Shown here in pieces: positions 10,117 through 19,659 of a stretch of 64,000 bases of DNA. How positions within the stretch are numbered: the stretch's first letter is position 1; each line of letters opens with the position of its first letter. Both the position numbers and the translations under genes were made by a program. The DNA comes from an uncultured virus (IMG/VR IMGVR_UViG_3300025598_001701) (lineage: Duplodnaviria; Heunggongvirae; Uroviricota; Caudoviricetes): the IMG/VR virus record IMGVR_UViG_3300025598_001701; one strand, given 5' to 3'. Below the pieces are notes generated by a model. That model worked only from the letters and a program-made list of their open reading frames with translations, made no database searches and was not told the origin of the DNA.

Positions 10117-10875
10117 ATGAAGCGTAAACAAAAATTAAAAGACTATATGAACCCAAACAACGCATCACAATCTAAAAATTATTACAACGTAACACAAATA
10201 GACCAGTTCCTACCACAGAAAAAACGAATTGTTGAAATCATCCCAAGAAATTTAAACCAAGAAAATTACCTATCACTGCTCATGGACCCAAATGTTAGCA
10301 TTATTATTGCTAGTGGACCAGCAGGAACAGGTAAAACACTGCTTGCAATGCAATCAGCGATTAAATTTCTTAAAGAACGCACTATTGATAAAATTGTGAT
10401 GACTAGACCAGCAGTTGGTGTCGAAGGCGAACGTCATGGCTTTTTACCAGGTGATTTGGTTCAAAAGATGGAACCTTGGACAAAACCACTATTTGATGTT
10501 CTTCATGAATATTATACACCACGTGATACACTTTCTATGATTGAAAATGGTGTTATTGAAATTTGCCCACTTGCCTTTATGCGTGGTCGCACATTTAAAA
10601 ATGCACTTATCATTGCTGATGAAATGCAAAATGCCACGCCAAATCAAATGAAGATGTTGCTTACACGCATTGGTGAAGGAAGTCGAATTATTGTTACAGG
10701 TGACGTGCGTCAAACTGATAGAACAGAAGGTGAAAATGGTTTGTTAGATTTTAATAAACTTATTAATAGTTTCCGTGATAGTGAACACGTAGGAACTATT
10801 GAATTCACTGGCGGTGATATTGAACGTCATCCAGCAGTAGAAGAAGTATTGCGAATATATGGTGACATTAGATAG
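10117..10875 (+). CDS. phoH: PhoH-like ATPase
   Basis: GPAGTGKT, GFLPG, FMRGRTF, DEMQN, GDVRQTD, RHP. Confidence 0.92.
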   Translation: MKRKQKLKDYMNPNNASQSKNYYNVTQIDQFLPQKKRIVEIIPRNLNQENYLSLLMDPNVSIIIASGPAGTGKTLLAMQSAIKFLKERTIDKIVMTRPAVGVEGERHGFLPGDLVQKMEPWTKPLFDVLHEYYTPRDTLSMIENGVIEICPLAFMRGRTFKNALIIADEMQNATPNQMKMLLTRIGEGSRIIVTGDVRQTDRTEGENGLLDFNKLINSFRDSEHVGTIEFTGGDIERHPAVEEVLRIYGDIR

Positions 10876-11236
10876 ATTTACGGCTTAGTAATTTAAGTAG
10901 TCGCCAATTTTCATAAGCATCTTTGACGGCGGTGTTTTCATGTTGTAGGTTTTTTGCCCAACTTGTTTCTTGAATCCAACCGCCGTCTTTTCCTTGTGCT
11001 TTATATATTGCCCATGCTTCGGGCAAATACTGTTCATACCAAGTATCATCGCCTTGTTCATTGCGAGTCATACCAAAGAAAGCATTACCATCCATTATAG
11101 CCATAATTTCAGCTATCGGTCGTAGTATTTCTTTTTCTTTTTGTGTAAACTTTCGTCTTCTTAGCTTTTGGTTATAATTTTTCCAAAACCAATTTAAAAA
11201 AGAATCTGGGTCTTTTTTAGTAATGGATTTAGTCAT
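10868..11236 (-). CDS. Hypothetical protein
   Basis: 122-aa ORF. Confidence 0.6.
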   Translation of the reverse strand: MTKSITKKDPDSFLNWFWKNYNQKLRRRKFTQKEKEILRPIAEIMAIMDGNAFFGMTRNEQGDDTWYEQYLPEAWAIYKAQGKDGGWIQETSWAKNLQHENTAVKDAYENWRLLKLLSRKSI

Positions 11237-12158
11237 TTAGTTCTGCCAATTCACACAATGTAGCACTTAAATTGATTTCAGCATCAGCAACCATGCTATG
11301 ATTTACTAATCCATTGCGGATGATAATAATAGCACGGTCTTGCGCTTCATCACTGTTTGCAAACAAATCAAGATTATCATACATCCAACGAAATACTTCT
11401 TCCATTTCATCGGGACGAACTTGGCTGCAAATTAGCTTACGTGCTTCACGAATATTTTTAGACTTGAACAGTTCAACTGCTTGCAATCTATAATCACTGC
11501 TGTTCTGTGAACCTTGTGATATAGTTTGTAGAACACCATTACTACTGCCACTCTGCAGTGAATTGATACACTTGCGCAAATCTGGATACTGTGCGCTAAC
11601 ATATGTATCTAAAACATCCAGTTCAAAGAGTATATTTTCTTCAACAAGGATTGTTGCTGTTCGCGCAGTAAATTCTGTTTTGTCAAGTTTCTCAATGTGG
11701 AAACCTTGACAACGACTATGCAACGCTGGAATAATCTTATTAGGATAGTTGCAAGTCATAATAAAACGAGCAGTGCTGCTATAAGTCTCCATCAGCCCAC
11801 GCAACACTGCTTGTGCGTTGGGCGACAGATAATCTGCCTCATCCAACAGCACTACCTTAAACTCACCAAATGGCATTGTGGATACAAATCCTTCAATGCG
11901 ATCACGGATAAAATCTACACCATTATCTCTTGACGCATTGATTTGCATAATATCATAATCTTCTACGCCAAGATCATTCATTAGAACCTTGGCAAGCGTT
12001 GTTTTACCTGTTCCTGGTCCGCCACTGAATAGAAGATGTGGAATATTCTTCTCATTTACCCACTGACGAACTTGTGCTTGCTGTGCATCATCACGCCAAA
12101 CATAATCGTTTACCGTGCGTGGACGGTATTTTTCTGTCCAAAGATAATTTGTAATCAT
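11229..12158 (-). CDS. Sliding-clamp loader subunit (RFC/gp44-like)
   Basis: LWTEKYRP, GPGTGKTT, NAS, LDEAD, SRC. Confidence 0.92.
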   Translation of the reverse strand: MITNYLWTEKYRPRTVNDYVWRDDAQQAQVRQWVNEKNIPHLLFSGGPGTGKTTLAKVLMNDLGVEDYDIMQINASRDNGVDFIRDRIEGFVSTMPFGEFKVVLLDEADYLSPNAQAVLRGLMETYSSTARFIMTCNYPNKIIPALHSRCQGFHIEKLDKTEFTARTATILVEENILFELDVLDTYVSAQYPDLRKCINSLQSGSSNGVLQTISQGSQNSSDYRLQAVELFKSKNIREARKLICSQVRPDEMEEVFRWMYDNLDLFANSDEAQDRAIIIIRNGLVNHSMVADAEINLSATLCELAELND

Positions 12159-12189
12159 GATATTACTATACTATGAAATGTGATTGCTG

Positions 12190-12576
12190 TCAAATATAAT
12201 CGCCAAAGGTCAAATCTTCCTTTGGTGGCTCGTCACTGGAAAGTAGAATATCTTTTGGATCAACAAGACGAACAGTGGTAGTTTCGCCGTTTTCATCTGT
12301 CATATCAAGACCACGTGTCCAACGACCATGTGCAACAAGAATATACTCACCTGGCTTTACATCTTCTTGAAGTCGTCCGACAGCAACAACTTGTGCCCAA
12401 CGTGGGCGAATACCTTGACCTTTTTTGTCATCATCAATAATGATAATGCCTCCAAGTGTCATGCGTTCACCAAAATCCATGTCTTTTACAAGAACATTGT
12501 TTTTTGTGGGAGTAATTTTACGATAATCACCTAAAATGTGGTGTAAACTACTTTTTGCTTTGTTGAGTTCTGTCAT
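12190..12576 (-). CDS. GroES-like co-chaperonin
   Basis: T.GGIII mobile loop, VVAVG, VKPGE. Confidence 0.8.
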   Translation of the reverse strand: MTELNKAKSSLHHILGDYRKITPTKNNVLVKDMDFGERMTLGGIIIIDDDKKGQGIRPRWAQVVAVGRLQEDVKPGEYILVAHGRWTRGLDMTDENGETTTVRLVDPKDILLSSDEPPKEDLTFGDYI

Positions 12577-12989
12577 ATTCTTCGTCTCTGGTTTCTCAAA
12601 CGTTCTGCTAAATCTTGACTACGTGCTTCGGCATCGGCAACACCGCCATTGGAAGAAGGTGGTGAAGTTGGGTTTATTGTTGTTGGATTTAGTTGTGAAT
12701 TAATTATATCATCAATTCCATTGTCCATAGGGTCAGAAAATATATCTGCAACAGCCGCCGCATTTGCTTCATCTTGATTATTATATACAGGCGCATCAAC
12801 CAATGGTGAACCTTTTTGTGCATTATAATATTCAGTCATAATCTGATCTCTTGTTTTAACAATTTGTCCTCCTGGTCCAAGAATATCTCCACGAGCATTC
12901 TGTCTACTATTACCAACAGCTATTGTTCTTTCTTGTTGAATTTTTAGAGCGTTTAAGTCTAAAAATCTTCCATTTGCAGTGCGATGCAT
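12573..12989 (-). CDS. Hypothetical protein
   Basis: AVGN..NARGD.LG.GG.I.K motif. Confidence 0.65.
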   Translation of the reverse strand: MHRTANGRFLDLNALKIQQERTIAVGNSRQNARGDILGPGGQIVKTRDQIMTEYYNAQKGSPLVDAPVYNNQDEANAAAVADIFSDPMDNGIDDIINSQLNPTTINPTSPPSSNGGVADAEARSQDLAERLRNQRRRI

Positions 12990-13008
12990 TTATTACTCCT
13001 GTGCGTAT

Positions 13009-13524
13009 TTAACGCATGAATTCACCAAAGTCTAAATTTTGTTTTAAACTGTGAATGCGATGAATACCAATTAAGTATAAAACAAAGCTGGCTACGCTGC
13101 TACCACGACCAACACCCCATACTACATTATTATTGCGCATCGTGTCAACAAAATATTTTAAGTATTGTAGCAGTGGTAATAAGTTACGTTCAGCATAAAC
13201 CATAAGTTCTTGACCAGCACGTTGCAATTCGTTTTGGTTTGTGCATTGATCTAAAACCCACTTAGCAATATCTAAATCTTTGTAATCATCTGGCATAAAC
13301 CATTCTTGTTGATTTTGTCTGTGAAATTCTTGCATACTTCCATTTAAGGTTGCTAAGTTTTTTAATGGTTGATAATCAATATACAAACTTTTGATAGCAG
13401 AATTATATTTTTCTGGATCAATGATAGCAATATCATCAATTTTAAGTTGCGGATTTATGTATAGTAATTCAGCTAATTCACTATCACTGATTACGCTACG
13501 ACCATATTCGTCAGTTTTTATCAC
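13009..13524 (-). CDS. Stand-alone DNA polymerase III alpha (DnaE)-like fragment
   Basis: GVGRGSSVASFVLYLIGI matches the DnaE GRGS motif; only 171 aa. Confidence 0.75.
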   Translation of the reverse strand: MIKTDEYGRSVISDSELAELLYINPQLKIDDIAIIDPEKYNSAIKSLYIDYQPLKNLATLNGSMQEFHRQNQQEWFMPDDYKDLDIAKWVLDQCTNQNELQRAGQELMVYAERNLLPLLQYLKYFVDTMRNNNVVWGVGRGSSVASFVLYLIGIHRIHSLKQNLDFGEFMR

Positions 13525-14164
13525 CTTTGATGACCTCTGGCTTCCATTTCTTGAGCGGAATGATATTACTCTTTGCTTTCTTTTTTTCTATTGTAACAGG
13601 TTTTTTTTCCCATTGCAAATATTCTGGCCATTCAGCATAGTCATAGTCCATAGTGATTTCTTTATTTTTAACAATAGGAATATCCCAAGTGGTTGGTGTG
13701 TTTCTAAACCACCAAGCAGGTCTATCCCAATTTTTAAAAGCCAAATCATTCATTACTTCATCGTTTGTTGCAATATCTTCATCAACATGAAGTGTCATGT
13801 CGTCGCTTTTGTCACATGAAACAGCAATATGTTCAAGGCTAACGCGACCTTGTGTGATACTTAAAATTTTATACCATGTTACAACACCAATTACAAAGTT
13901 GCTTGGAGCATAAGGCAGTGTAATAATACGTGAACTTAATTTTTTATGCAGTGTAGGAAGTAGTGGATTACCAATATATACAAATATTGAATCTTGATAT
14001 AAATCTTTAATTAAATTACGTATACGACCAAAACAAGTATAGGGGTCTTCTTCCTCTTTTGAATGGTCATTAAAGTCTATGCTAATATTATAACTACAAG
14101 GCTCAAGAACATCTTTATAGCAGTTTATAGCAGTAAATTCTGCTTGCCAACTTACATCACTCAT
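13511..14164 (-). CDS. Hypothetical protein
   Basis: 217-aa ORF. Confidence 0.65.
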   Translation of the reverse strand: MSDVSWQAEFTAINCYKDVLEPCSYNISIDFNDHSKEEEDPYTCFGRIRNLIKDLYQDSIFVYIGNPLLPTLHKKLSSRIITLPYAPSNFVIGVVTWYKILSITQGRVSLEHIAVSCDKSDDMTLHVDEDIATNDEVMNDLAFKNWDRPAWWFRNTPTTWDIPIVKNKEITMDYDYAEWPEYLQWEKKPVTIEKKKAKSNIIPLKKWKPEVIKGDKN

Positions 14165-14397
14165 CCTATATCCAAACTATCTTTAAAAATTGGATTTTCT
14201 TTTGCAGCCTGTGCTTCTGCTGCATAACGTTTATTAATTTCTTGTTGGAAAATGTTAAGAGTATTACGTAATTGATTTATCATATTAGAGTTACCCATGC
14301 GACCTACAAAAGCAATTTTTTTATGTAAATCGTTGCTTGTCTTTAGCAAATCGTCCAATGATTTACCTGATAAATCTTCAATCATTGGATTGAACAT
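14161..14397 (-). CDS. Hypothetical protein
   Basis: 78-aa helical ORF. Confidence 0.6.
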   Translation of the reverse strand: MFNPMIEDLSGKSLDDLLKTSNDLHKKIAFVGRMGNSNMINQLRNTLNIFQQEINKRYAAEAQAAKENPIFKDSLDIG

Positions 14398-14813
14398 TAT
14401 AAATCTCCAGTTTTGCGATTTTCACTATACCAAGCATCAAACTTACCGCCTGGATAACGTGACTCTAACTTTTTAACATTCTCATTAATTACATCATTTG
14501 GGTCAAGACCGAGTGCTGTGCAAGCATTAACCCAATACCACATAATATCACCTAGTTCACGCTTCATATGAAATACATTTTCTGCATTAAGTGGCTTGCC
14601 TTGAAAAAACATCTTTTTGATGATTTCGTTAAATTCACCGCTTTCAGCACTTAAACCCATGCCAGCAGTAAGAAGTAGTGCTGGATTAATTTTAGTTTTA
14701 TCTTCTTGGTATTCGCTCAATTGGTCAAAACGTTCGCTAAAAGCATAATTGTGCTTACTAGGTTCACTTGTTACTGCGCTAACAAATTCCTGATACAGTT
14801 TAAGGTCTGTCAT
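14397..14813 (-). CDS. MazG-like NTP pyrophosphohydrolase
   Basis: ESGEFNEIIKK, ELGDIMWY, KLESRYP. Confidence 0.88.
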   Translation of the reverse strand: MTDLKLYQEFVSAVTSEPSKHNYAFSERFDQLSEYQEDKTKINPALLLTAGMGLSAESGEFNEIIKKMFFQGKPLNAENVFHMKRELGDIMWYWVNACTALGLDPNDVINENVKKLESRYPGGKFDAWYSENRKTGDL

Positions 14814-14860
14814 GATTTACTCCTACACTAATATAATGTAAGATGAATTTTTAGTCAATA

Positions 14861-15766
14861 TTAAATCTGTGTTTTAAACCACTTATTAATGGTTGGATTA
14901 CGAGGAGAACCCACGAATGTAAATCCATAGTGTGTTCCACTACTAATCGTAGTTGTATTACCATTAATTGTATTTGCGCTTAACAAGAATAGATTGCTGA
15001 TATTGACGTTTGATGCAAGTTGAATTACTTGTCCATCAATTGGGTTACTTGGAAATGTTACACTTACATTGCTTAATGGCAGTCCCACGTTGCTATCTAA
15101 AATTAATTTAGAAACTATAGATACGGCAGTTGGACTTGCAGCAGTTCCGTTTGCAATATTTGCATAATAATAATCAACGTTATTACGTGCACGTGACAGT
15201 GGGAATACAGTATATGTAACACCACCATCATCGCTTATAAATTCATACCAATAAACACCAGTTCCACTTTGTGAATAACCAACACTGTTATTAGTTTGGT
15301 TATAATCTTGAAGATATTGTGTGCCATAAGAAACACCACTTGGTAAAATCATACGATGAGAACTATTAGTAACATACAAACGTAAACGAATTCTGCCTAC
15401 AGTGCCAGCAGCTGGAAAGTTAGTAAATGCAATAGTAATAGTGCCATTAGTTTGCACTCTTTGGTAATGACCGCGACTATGGTCAAGAGTAACGTTTGTA
15501 GAAATGATACCATTATCATATTCTGTTTCACGGAAATCTTGAATTTGAGCACTTGTAAGCAATGTACCAGCCATATTGTTATTAAGAGTTGTTCCTGTAA
15601 GTGCACTTTTTACAATTGCTTTTGCTTGCAAATCAGCAAGTTCACTTTGTGCGTAAGCAAAATTGTTTTTAATGTTTGTAAAATTATCACGGAAGCCTTG
15701 ACTATCATTGTCAACGCCAGCTACAGGATATGCACCGTTAATATTATTAGGGTTTACGTTACTCAT
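14861..15766 (-). CDS. Virion structural (tail/baseplate) protein
   Basis: YPVAGVDNDSQGFRDNF N-terminus; TATAAATA at 15786-15793. Confidence 0.65.
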   Translation of the reverse strand: MSNVNPNNINGAYPVAGVDNDSQGFRDNFTNIKNNFAYAQSELADLQAKAIVKSALTGTTLNNNMAGTLLTSAQIQDFRETEYDNGIISTNVTLDHSRGHYQRVQTNGTITIAFTNFPAAGTVGRIRLRLYVTNSSHRMILPSGVSYGTQYLQDYNQTNNSVGYSQSGTGVYWYEFISDDGGVTYTVFPLSRARNNVDYYYANIANGTAASPTAVSIVSKLILDSNVGLPLSNVSVTFPSNPIDGQVIQLASNVNISNLFLLSANTINGNTTTISSGTHYGFTFVGSPRNPTINKWFKTQI

Positions 15767-15799
15767 TTAATGTTTCCAATAAGTGTATTTATACAATAT

Positions 15800-18700
15800 T
15801 TATTGCAAGATATTTTGACGTGGAAATTTCAAATAGCTATCGTTTGTAAATGGCAATTGATATTGATCTTCGTTATTAATAAATTGCGTTTGTTTTTTAT
15901 CAAAAGTTGTTGGAGATTTTAATTGCACAGTTTGAATATTTACACTTTCATATTTTGGCACTGTTTGGTTACCAACTCCAATATGAGCAGCAGTATATTG
16001 GAGTGTTTGACCAGCTTTAGCACCAAACTGCACTACTACAACTTGATTTATGTTGATTTGCTGTGTAAAAGCAAGAGAAACTGTCTTATTAACAACACTT
16101 ATTGTCCAAACACCACTGCGTTTATTAATTGTTGAAGTATTATTTTGAACTTCTGCATAACCTGGTATTATAGCACCGTTTTGATTCCAACCTTGATTAT
16201 ATTCATTGGGAAATAGTGTTGGATTGTAGTTTTCTTGTGTGCTAAACACTAGAGTTTTACCATCCCAATCACCACTTTCATCACCGTCTAATCCACCAAT
16301 AGCATTAATTTGATTAATGGTATGACCATCAATTTGATCAAACGGCACATCTACAGCATAAGATACGGTTGCACTTGGAGTTATACTAAGAATATAACCT
16401 GTGTCAAAAGTTGTATAGGATTTTGCTACATATTTTCCAGTTGCCAAATCAAAGTTTACATCAAGATTATTATCAAATATATAACGATCTGCTGTGAATG
16501 GCACAAGTTTGATATCAGTTTTTAAATTATCTTTTAATTTATACAGAACACGTTCACCTGTGCCATATTTTAAGTAGGCAAGAACAGCGGCGGTTCTAAA
16601 TCCTAAAATTGTGCCATCATTTTGCACACTTGTTTGCCATTGTGGTAGTGTGTTACTATTTGTTTCTCCAATAGCTACTATCAAATCATTAAACATCAGT
16701 GACAAATCATTTGTATACAATCTATTACCATTTTTGTCTAAAAAGCTACCTTGTGGCACATTTCCTACTGTAACTCCATTAACAACTGAATAAGTTTTTG
16801 TATCTTCTATTAAGTCAACATAAATCACATCATAAAGTGGATTGCCAGTGCTATCAGTTGCACTTGCATAGTGATAATCACCAAAATAAAAACGTTTATT
16901 ATAATGGCGTGTTTGCATAGCTGCAATATAAGCACTTGCTTCACTTGGCGTTAATCCATAACCGACTAAGATTTTAATATCTTTTTGAATTCCAAAATAA
17001 GGATCATTGGGTCTATAGATGTCTTCTAGCTTAAAGTAATCAGTGTTGCCTAAAATACTATTCAAAATTGTGCGTTTGTCAACACTAGGATAACAGGCCA
17101 AATAAAGATTATCATATGGTGAATATGTAACTGTGTTTACGGTTAACGTAAAAGTTTTTTGTCCATTAATAGAACTACTGTAATCACTTGCATTTACGAT
17201 AAGTTTGTAAGTTCGGTCAATAGTTGTTGGTGCAGATACTATTCCAAGTTCACTATTGACAACATCAAAAGTAGTTGTTCCTTTGTCTAAACTAAATTCT
17301 TGAAAGCTAACTCGTCCACTTATATTTCCATCTGGCAATAATGTTAACCCTTGAGGAATACGACTGCCGCTTGCTAATGAATAGTAAAGTTGACGACCAC
17401 TTGCCGCAACTGCATCAACATATAATTGACTTACTTCTCCGCCGTTTATAGAACCAAGATTTGATGGAGTAATCCAATTTACGCCAAGTGATAGCGCACC
17501 CAAAATTGTAATATCAAATATTCTATATTGGCTAACAACATTGTTATCAACTAAACTGTAAACTTGAATACCAAAACTATAAGTTTTAGTAACATAAGAT
17601 TGAGGTGGAACAAATCCAGTAAGCCATCCTGTATTGCTATCTAAACTCAAACCAGGTGGTAGATAAAAATTGCTTTGGTCCCATGGGCTTGTATCAAATG
17701 CAACGCCATCTGCGTCCCAACCTGTGCCACTAACACCTACAACACTGTATCCAACACCAATATTATCATAGTCTATACCTTCAAATTTAAATGAGAAATA
17801 ATTTCCACTTGTAAATGTTGAATAGTCGCCAAGTGATGTTGTAAGCAAAATTGGCAAACGGTAATTTGAAGTATCGCTGCTTACATTAGCATCATCATCA
17901 GTTAATAATGAGTTATCTGCTGTTATTGCAGCATGGTTGTTAACAATGATATTGTAATTTTTAATATCGAAACTTTTACCGTCACTTACCTGAATAGTAA
18001 AGAAATAAGTTATTTTTGCTATGTTATTATAAGATTCACCAGGTGTAAGTGCAATACCAGTTTGATCCCATCCAGTTGCATCCCATGAACTTGTATCGTT
18101 GTCCCAACCATTTGGTGGAACATAATTTGGAATAAGTGGACCGCTGATTAAACCATCGCTGCTTAAACTTGTGCCATAAGGTAAGGAACCAGTTAATAGG
18201 GAATATGTAAGTGTATCATTGTTTAAATCGCTTGAACTTAATTGGATACTAATAACCGTTCCATCTAAAAATTCACCTAAAGTAGAATAATTACTTGTTA
18301 ACAATTGGGGTGGAAAATTACCTGTTACAGTAATTGTAAAGCTACGATCAGTTATTTTACCACTTGAACTTATAGCACGAACAGTAAAAGTGCTAGTTCT
18401 ATCTTGTGTCACTGCTTCTGGAACACCGTCAATTGTGTAAGTGTCCTTTGGATTTCCAACAACTTGACCGCTGCTATCTATTTGCAAACCCGCAGGTAAT
18501 TTGCCAGCGATTAATTTATAATTTACGTCTTTTCCATCTGGTTGACCAGTGGGATCAACTGCTTGTAAATCTAATTGGAAATAATTGAGTGCAGGAATTT
18601 TACCAAGATTTCCACTGGGTGTCACCCACTCTGGATATCCTGTTGCATAACCTTGTGCTGTTTCTTGTGATAAAACATCTATTTGTTGAAATAGAGTATT

Positions 18701-19627
18701 ACCAACAATATAAGGATATACTGGTGTTCCAGAGTTATCTACTGTGCAAAAATAGGCATATGTGCCACTTGGGTAATCTGGTGTTACGCAGTAACGACCG
18801 TTGTGTTCATCAAGGTCACCACCACCATTATATTGATAATCTTCAACAAACATTCCCATTGGATAAGTTGTTAAGTTGTAAGCAGTAGTAGCAGAACGAT
18901 AACTAGATGATTTTAAACCATAACCACTAGACATATTTTTGGTGCCACTTGTATTGTCTAGTGGATTAATGTAACCAACTGGACCATAAATCGGGAATCC
19001 ATCTAAACTAAAACCAATGATTTTACTATGACCATCGGGATGATATAAACCATCGTTAAGATACGGAATTACTTCTATTTCTGGTAAACCATGCACTGTG
19101 CTGCTATATGGACGACCACCTAAACCACTTTCCCAAATTGGCGCAAAACTGTAATCATTATAAAAATAACGACCACTTGTAGTTGCACGACCACCTGCTA
19201 AATCTTGTTTATACCAATGTTGGCCATTATCAATTTGATTTTGACGTATGCCATTTGCATAGGTTTGATCAAAATGAAAACCTAAAGGTGTTGTAAAACC
19301 AAAAGGTGGCAATGCATCTATTGCAGGTGGATAAAGTGCAACACCATTAAGTGCAAAACCTATAAGTTGCTGTCCAGTAGTTGTGGGATTTGCAGTTAGA
19401 CTTTTGCCGCTATTATCAACCCAACTACGATTAAAGTATTGTGCGAGAGCAATGGTAGATGTGTAAATGCTGCCATAGCCATGATAAGGGATACCAACAG
19501 CAGTAAAATTAACTGTGTTAGCAACTGTGTTATTGATAGGAACATTGTTTAAAAAGGTCCAACTATCACTTACATTTATAAGACGACCAAGTTGAAAATT
19601 GGTGGCTAAACCATTATAGTTAGACAT
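15800..19627 (-). CDS. Large virion protein: YHYH-like domain, Ig-like repeats, baseplate-like C-terminus
   Basis: GHSKIIGFSLDGFPIYGP/DLDEHNGR; four G.LP.G..L...G.I.G-type Ig repeats; GWD motifs. Confidence 0.7.
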   Translation of the reverse strand: MSNYNGLATNFQLGRLINVSDSWTFLNNVPINNTVANTVNFTAVGIPYHGYGSIYTSTIALAQYFNRSWVDNSGKSLTANPTTTGQQLIGFALNGVALYPPAIDALPPFGFTTPLGFHFDQTYANGIRQNQIDNGQHWYKQDLAGGRATTSGRYFYNDYSFAPIWESGLGGRPYSSTVHGLPEIEVIPYLNDGLYHPDGHSKIIGFSLDGFPIYGPVGYINPLDNTSGTKNMSSGYGLKSSSYRSATTAYNLTTYPMGMFVEDYQYNGGGDLDEHNGRYCVTPDYPSGTYAYFCTVDNSGTPVYPYIVGNTLFQQIDVLSQETAQGYATGYPEWVTPSGNLGKIPALNYFQLDLQAVDPTGQPDGKDVNYKLIAGKLPAGLQIDSSGQVVGNPKDTYTIDGVPEAVTQDRTSTFTVRAISSSGKITDRSFTITVTGNFPPQLLTSNYSTLGEFLDGTVISIQLSSSDLNNDTLTYSLLTGSLPYGTSLSSDGLISGPLIPNYVPPNGWDNDTSSWDATGWDQTGIALTPGESYNNIAKITYFFTIQVSDGKSFDIKNYNIIVNNHAAITADNSLLTDDDANVSSDTSNYRLPILLTTSLGDYSTFTSGNYFSFKFEGIDYDNIGVGYSVVGVSGTGWDADGVAFDTSPWDQSNFYLPPGLSLDSNTGWLTGFVPPQSYVTKTYSFGIQVYSLVDNNVVSQYRIFDITILGALSLGVNWITPSNLGSINGGEVSQLYVDAVAASGRQLYYSLASGSRIPQGLTLLPDGNISGRVSFQEFSLDKGTTTFDVVNSELGIVSAPTTIDRTYKLIVNASDYSSSINGQKTFTLTVNTVTYSPYDNLYLACYPSVDKRTILNSILGNTDYFKLEDIYRPNDPYFGIQKDIKILVGYGLTPSEASAYIAAMQTRHYNKRFYFGDYHYASATDSTGNPLYDVIYVDLIEDTKTYSVVNGVTVGNVPQGSFLDKNGNRLYTNDLSLMFNDLIVAIGETNSNTLPQWQTSVQNDGTILGFRTAAVLAYLKYGTGERVLYKLKDNLKTDIKLVPFTADRYIFDNNLDVNFDLATGKYVAKSYTTFDTGYILSITPSATVSYAVDVPFDQIDGHTINQINAIGGLDGDESGDWDGKTLVFSTQENYNPTLFPNEYNQGWNQNGAIIPGYAEVQNNTSTINKRSGVWTISVVNKTVSLAFTQQININQVVVVQFGAKAGQTLQYTAAHIGVGNQTVPKYESVNIQTVQLKSPTTFDKKQTQFINNEDQYQLPFTNDSYLKFPRQNILQ

Positions 19628-19659
19628 TTAGTATCTGCTCCGCACAGATATTTAGGCGA

